Part shown: one piece after another, positions 54,036-57,883 of the stretch
Position numbering within the stretch: position 1 is the stretch's first letter
How the letters are laid out: every line of letters starts with the position of its first letter
Source of the DNA: a virus
Taxonomy: Duplodnaviria > Caudoviricetes
Virus record (IMG/VR): IMGVR_UViG_3300035661_000073
Span: 1 to 57,883 of that record
Reading direction: 5' to 3' (one strand)
DNA: 57,883 bases
Made by a program: the position numbers and the translations under genes
Notes under the pieces: model-generated
The model's input: the letters and a program-made list of their open reading frames with translations, nothing else
Databases searched by the model: none
Told to the model about the DNA's origin: nothing

Positions 54036-54263
54036 TCACTTCTTGCTCTGACACGATTCCAGGTTGGTGATGCGCCGGTCGAAGCCTTCCATGGTCGCCT
54101 TCAAGCCGGAGAGGTCGCCGCGCAGGGCCCGGGTCTCGCAAACCTGGTCCTGCATGGCACCGGTCAGTTGCCCCCCCCCAAGGAGGACGAGCACCCCGAT
54201 CAGGGCGAGTAGAGCAGGCACCATCCAGGCTCGGACGGAATCGCGGCGTTCGGCGTTGGTCAT
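54036..54263 (-). CDS. Small TM plus coiled-coil protein (holin-like)
   Basis: One TM segment, then 'RRITNLE'; AGGAG RBS. Confidence 0.6.
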   Translation of the reverse strand: MTNAERRDSVRAWMVPALLALIGVLVLLGGGQLTGAMQDQVCETRALRGDLSGLKATMEGFDRRITNLESCQSKK

Positions 54264-54364
54264 GATGAACTCCTACACAGGACACACCCCTGTATAAATT
54301 TTAGTCACTTTCTGACGGAAGCATCCTTTTCTTGATGGGTTGGTCAGATTTGGTTCAGCCAAAT

Positions 54365-54739
54365 TTACATCCCATTCTCTGCCATCAACTCCGGCACGGT
54401 GAACGGCATCGGCCCACAGGGGTTGAAGTCCATCAAATCGCCGGACCACTCATGGGTGATCAGCGGCTTCCGCTGGTAGTAAAGTCCCCAGACGCTGGTA
54501 ATCCAGTTCTGCACAGCTACTGCCTTGGGCAGGCCACGAAGAACGCTGATGGTGAGCAGTCCAATGGCCGCGCCGGAGATACTGGCCTCCTGGTAGTCCC
54601 GCGCTGCGCACCAGAGCGCGTCCAGGTTCTGCGCTCGAATCACATCCAAGGAGGTAGTGAATTCCTCGTCCGTCAGGTCCGGATTCCGCACCGGGCCGGC
54701 TTCGGTGTTAACCCACAGAGGGCGTTCGGGTCCTACCAT
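54365..54739 (-). CDS. Putative tail fibre assembly/chaperone protein
   Basis: Follows a fibre gene; GGAGG RBS. Confidence 0.55.
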   Translation of the reverse strand: MVGPERPLWVNTEAGPVRNPDLTDEEFTTSLDVIRAQNLDALWCAARDYQEASISGAAIGLLTISVLRGLPKAVAVQNWITSVWGLYYQRKPLITHEWSGDLMDFNPCGPMPFTVPELMAENGM

Positions 54740-55803
54740 ACGGGCACCTCCTGGACAGTCATCGAACCTGCGGCGATGTCCACGGTGTTGGCGGCTAGGC
54801 TGTGCTGAAAGTCCATCTGGAGTTCATCCCCTGCCGCCAATGGCGCAAATTCGTTGTATGGCGGGGTCGGGTACTGGCCGCCCACGAAATTACAAATCTC
54901 CAACAGAGCGGTGTATCCGGCGTTGATCTTCACGCTCATGAGGAAACGACCCATTGTTCCGGTGAAGCTGGTTGCAGATCCGTCGATCTGGAACCGTCCA
55001 CAGATGAAGTAATACCCAGCCCGGCGGATCTTGAATTTGGCATTGGCAGCATTGGTCATGCTGGAGTTGTCAAACCCAACCGTGGTCATGGCTGTATAGA
55101 CGTTGTGTGCGAAACTCCCGGTAAGGTCCGTCTGGGCCCCGCCTGCGAGTTTTGCGATCATCGGGATAGATTTCCCACCGATCTTGCACCAGTTGGACCC
55201 GTCGCACTTGAGTATGGCGACTTCGTTAGCCCACATGACCCTAGTGTTCTGCCCATCGATCAGTTCCGCGCCGTTCCCCTTGACCGTCACCAGTTTGGTG
55301 CTGGACCCGTCAATCCGGACGCCAACCAGTGCCCCGTTCGAGGATGCCGCAGCCGGCAGGGTGACGGTGTAGTCGGCCGAAGTTGCGGTGCATTTGTGGA
55401 AGGTCGCGGCGGCCAAGTTCGCGGTCGTGGTGACGGCCACCTCGGCGTTGACCAGGGTGGCAAGTAGGTCTGCGGCCGCGTCTGCACCAGTCGCTCCCGT
55501 AGGCCCGGTTGGTCCCGTGGGGCCTGGCACCGTGGAATCAGCCCCAGTGGGCCCTGTCGGCCCAGTTGCACCGGTTGGTCCCGTGGGTCCTGTGGCACCT
55601 GTCGGACCGGTCGCACCAGTGGCACCCGCACCACCACCGCCACCGCCCCAGTAGCCGAGGTCGCTCCAGTGATCGATCCCGTTGCCCAGTTTGACCCGGG
55701 AGGTATCCAGTTCGATCCCCAACTCCCCCTGCGCCAGGATAGGGTTCGTGGCCGTCCATGCAGCCGCCGAATCACGCCGAAGTTGAATCTGTCCAGCCAT
55801 CAT
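54733..55803 (-). CDS. Tail fibre protein with Mtd-like N-terminus and collagen-like repeat
   Basis: '[34 protein letters not shown]'; GPT repeats; 'TVTLPAA'. Confidence 0.85.
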   Translation of the reverse strand: MMAGQIQLRRDSAAAWTATNPILAQGELGIELDTSRVKLGNGIDHWSDLGYWGGGGGGAGATGATGPTGATGPTGPTGATGPTGPTGADSTVPGPTGPTGPTGATGADAAADLLATLVNAEVAVTTTANLAAATFHKCTATSADYTVTLPAAASSNGALVGVRIDGSSTKLVTVKGNGAELIDGQNTRVMWANEVAILKCDGSNWCKIGGKSIPMIAKLAGGAQTDLTGSFAHNVYTAMTTVGFDNSSMTNAANAKFKIRRAGYYFICGRFQIDGSATSFTGTMGRFLMSVKINAGYTALLEICNFVGGQYPTPPYNEFAPLAAGDELQMDFQHSLAANTVDIAAGSMTVQEVPVW

Positions 55804-55994
55804 GCCCCTCCACCATCAATCCCAGTGGTCCCGCCATAGACCGAACTCGCGGTTCCGCCGTCGATATTTCCTCCGCCCCCTGCACCCGCCGGCAGGAATT
55901 CGGCCGGGATTGTCGCTCCCGCCTGGAACTCCGCAACCCCGGTGGGATTACCGTCCAGGTCGTAGGTAACGTAGATGGGGATGTGATCAGTCAT
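55800..55994 (-). CDS. Small virion protein (IDGG motifs)
   Basis: MTDHIPIY...[22 protein letters not shown]; coupled to the fibre gene. Confidence 0.6.
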   Translation of the reverse strand: MTDHIPIYVTYDLDGNPTGVAEFQAGATIPAEFLPAGAGGGGNIDGGTASSVYGGTTGIDGGGA

Positions 55995-56082
55995 GTTTTT
56001 CCCCTTGGGCACTGGCAGCGGCGGTACACCACCTGCTGTCGGGCCTCGGTCAGGGCGACCAGGAGGTGGGCGGGAGTGAGGG

Positions 56083-56238
56083 TCACGGCCGCCGTACCGG
56101 CTGACCCTCGGGCCAACGTTGGCCGGTGGGGGGTGGAGTGGGCCCGAGCACCGTCGTAAAAAGGACCGGACCCAAGACCTTAGTAGCAATTGCCGTGGTC
56201 ACTCCCAATGCCGCTGGCTTCACCGAGTAAGTAGACAT
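56083..56238 (-). CDS. Small hypothetical protein (51 aa)
   Basis: AAGGA RBS before ATG 56238; MSTYSVKPAALG... Confidence 0.45.
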   Translation of the reverse strand: MSTYSVKPAALGVTTAIATKVLGPVLFTTVLGPTPPPTGQRWPEGQPVRRP

Positions 56239-56247
56239 TGCCGATCC

Positions 56248-57108
56248 TTATTCGTAGCGCATGGCGAGACAAGACCCAGTCCAACCGCTTGTGGCTGTAC
56301 TAGCCGCCCCCAGCGGCACGTACATGTGGTCAGCCCCATATATTGAAGAACGTATCGGGTTCATAACAGTGAGATCAGCGGTGTAGTAGGCCAGCAGCCC
56401 CATCCCCGGATTGACCGGACCCGTTATATCCACTGGGTACAGCGGGAGCATGCCCACGTTCGAGCCGCTGGCGAGAGACCCGAGAGCGCTTTGCGGGGCC
56501 GCTGCAAACGCATTCTGGCCAGCTCTTGCAGACCTAGAAAAAGGTATATATTGACTAAATTTGGTGTTGGTGTAGGCCTGGACTTGAATGATAATGCCGT
56601 CTGACGTATCACTACCGTTGTTGTCTTTGCTGCGCTCAAGGTTAAAGATAACGTCATACGTTGGTGATTGGATCCCGATAAACAGAGCGAAGTTCACCCT
56701 GTTTACACTGGAGGAAAAATATGAGGCTGGCAGGCTGGTCACACTATTGTTTACCGACCATGCGGTCCTTGCCATCAAAATTCCGGTTATATTGCCAGCA
56801 CCATCGGAACCCGTTCCGATGGTGACCCAAAACCCAAACGTGACATTATTTGAAGCGCCTGCCCCAAGCTCAATTTTGAAAAATACCGGGCATGCCTCCT
56901 GTAAATCATCAGCGAACCGCCAGATTTGGTAGCCCGCCGGGGTGTTCGCGCCAGCAACAGTGCTAAAGGATTCATTGGCCGTTTGCCCCGTATCCCCCGT
57001 TTGCACCAACCCGCCAGCAGCAAACGATCCAAACAACGCCGCTGCGATCGCTTGAATTCTTGCCGCCGCCCCAACATCGGAGGCCAACGAAACGGTAGAT
57101 GATGCCAT
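56248..57108 (-). CDS. Putative minor tail protein, lower GC than genome
   Basis: GGAGG RBS; 'GYQIWRFADDLQ..PVFFKIELG'; many A/T-ending codons. Confidence 0.7.
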   Translation of the reverse strand: MASSTVSLASDVGAAARIQAIAAALFGSFAAGGLVQTGDTGQTANESFSTVAGANTPAGYQIWRFADDLQEACPVFFKIELGAGASNNVTFGFWVTIGTGSDGAGNITGILMARTAWSVNNSVTSLPASYFSSSVNRVNFALFIGIQSPTYDVIFNLERSKDNNGSDTSDGIIIQVQAYTNTKFSQYIPFSRSARAGQNAFAAAPQSALGSLASGSNVGMLPLYPVDITGPVNPGMGLLAYYTADLTVMNPIRSSIYGADHMYVPLGAASTATSGWTGSCLAMRYE

Positions 57109-57883
57109 TTAAACCTCCTGCGGAATATGAACCACGGTCAGGGTGATGGCCCGACCCACCGTGTCGTTGTTGGTGATGGCGACATAGGCCGTGACGGAAA
57201 CCGGGTCATCATCGTTGGCGAAGATTGGCTTGGGGTCCTGCAGGACGCGCAGAGCCCCAGTAGCAGTCACCGTGTCAGCCACTACGCCAGAGCCACTACG
57301 GGGGTAGCTGTTGACGTTGCGGGATGCGTCAGCGGTTCGTGCGGCGGCCGTCGCGCAGACCCGCACCCAGGCAGGGTAGTCCGTTTCAAGGACCTTGATG
57401 AGTGTGGTCTTGGCGAGGTCTACCTGCACATTGGCCGTGGCCCCCGGTGCAATGCTGGCGGTGGTGATGGTCGCCGTGGTGCTGGTGCCGCCGCCGCTCC
57501 CCGCCGGCCCCGCCGGTCCCTGCACCCCCGCCCCGCCGCCGCCGAGGTCCAGGCTGTCCACCCAGCCGAGCAGGTAGGCCCCGCAACTGGCGTCGTTGGC
57601 CGCGTAGTAGACGCTGTCCGACTCCAACACCAGATCGCCGGGGATCGCGGATCCGGTAACCACTGTCGCCGTTTCATACAGCAGCGGCGGCGGGTTGGTC
57701 GAGGATGTCAGGCCACCGTAGCCGTTGTTCGGAGCCAGCAGCACCACGGCCTCGTTGTTGTTGTAGGCGCGGATCATGGCCCGGATGGCCACAGCGGTGG
57801 ACGGCACCAGGTGCCCGTTCCCACGCACGGCCACGGCAACCCAGGTCGGCGTAACCGGATCCCCCTGAGCCCCGGAGGCAATC
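57109..57883 (-). CDS. 3' part of the origin-spanning collagen-like tail fibre gene starting at 1353
   Basis: In frame with 1..1353 through the terminal overlap; C-terminal 'AWVRV..AAARTADASR..GSGVVAD' fibre motif. Confidence 0.8.
   Translation of the reverse strand, partial: IASGAQGDPVTPTWVAVAVRGNGHLVPSTAVAIRAMIRAYNNNEAVVLLAPNNGYGGLTSSTNPPPLLYETATVVTGSAIPGDLVLESDSVYYAANDASCGAYLLGWVDSLDLGGGGAGVQGPAGPAGSGGGTSTTATITTASIAPGATANVQVDLAKTTLIKVLETDYPAWVRVCATAAARTADASRNVNSYPRSGSGVVADTVTATGALRVLQDPKPIFANDDDPVSVTAYVAITNNDTVGRAITLTVVHIPQEV
57757..57883. repeat. Terminal direct repeat copy of 1..127
   Basis: Exact sequence identity. Confidence 0.95.

Overview
This window is an apparently complete, circularly assembled genome (57,756 bp unique plus a 127-bp terminal overlap) of a GC-rich, podovirus-like dsDNA phage. 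The minus strand carries the virion and packaging genes: terS, intein-containing terL, portal, scaffold, major capsid, adaptor-like proteins, a PurD-like ATP-grasp enzyme, a nozzle-like tail protein, collagen-repeat fibres (one crossing the assembly origin) and ejection-type proteins including a 2212-aa polyvalent protein. The plus strand (24.1-43.4 kb) carries many small early genes, recombination/replication genes (SSAP-like, DnaC-like, SSB, resolvase-like) and a lysis cassette. I saw no integrase, DNA polymerase, tRNA or CRISPR array. The main finding is the terL intein, inserted in the Walker A motif: it has no in-frame endonuclease and instead carries a complete HNH endonuclease gene on the opposite strand, with its own RBS and candidate promoter, while the intein frame stays open. 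A free-standing, extein-less Hint-domain gene lies directly upstream of terL. Other highlights are a GGDEF-like (SGDEF) domain in the giant ejection protein and a genome-wide palindromic operator ATCRG-N13-CYGAT. All functional calls come from motifs read by eye, not database searches.
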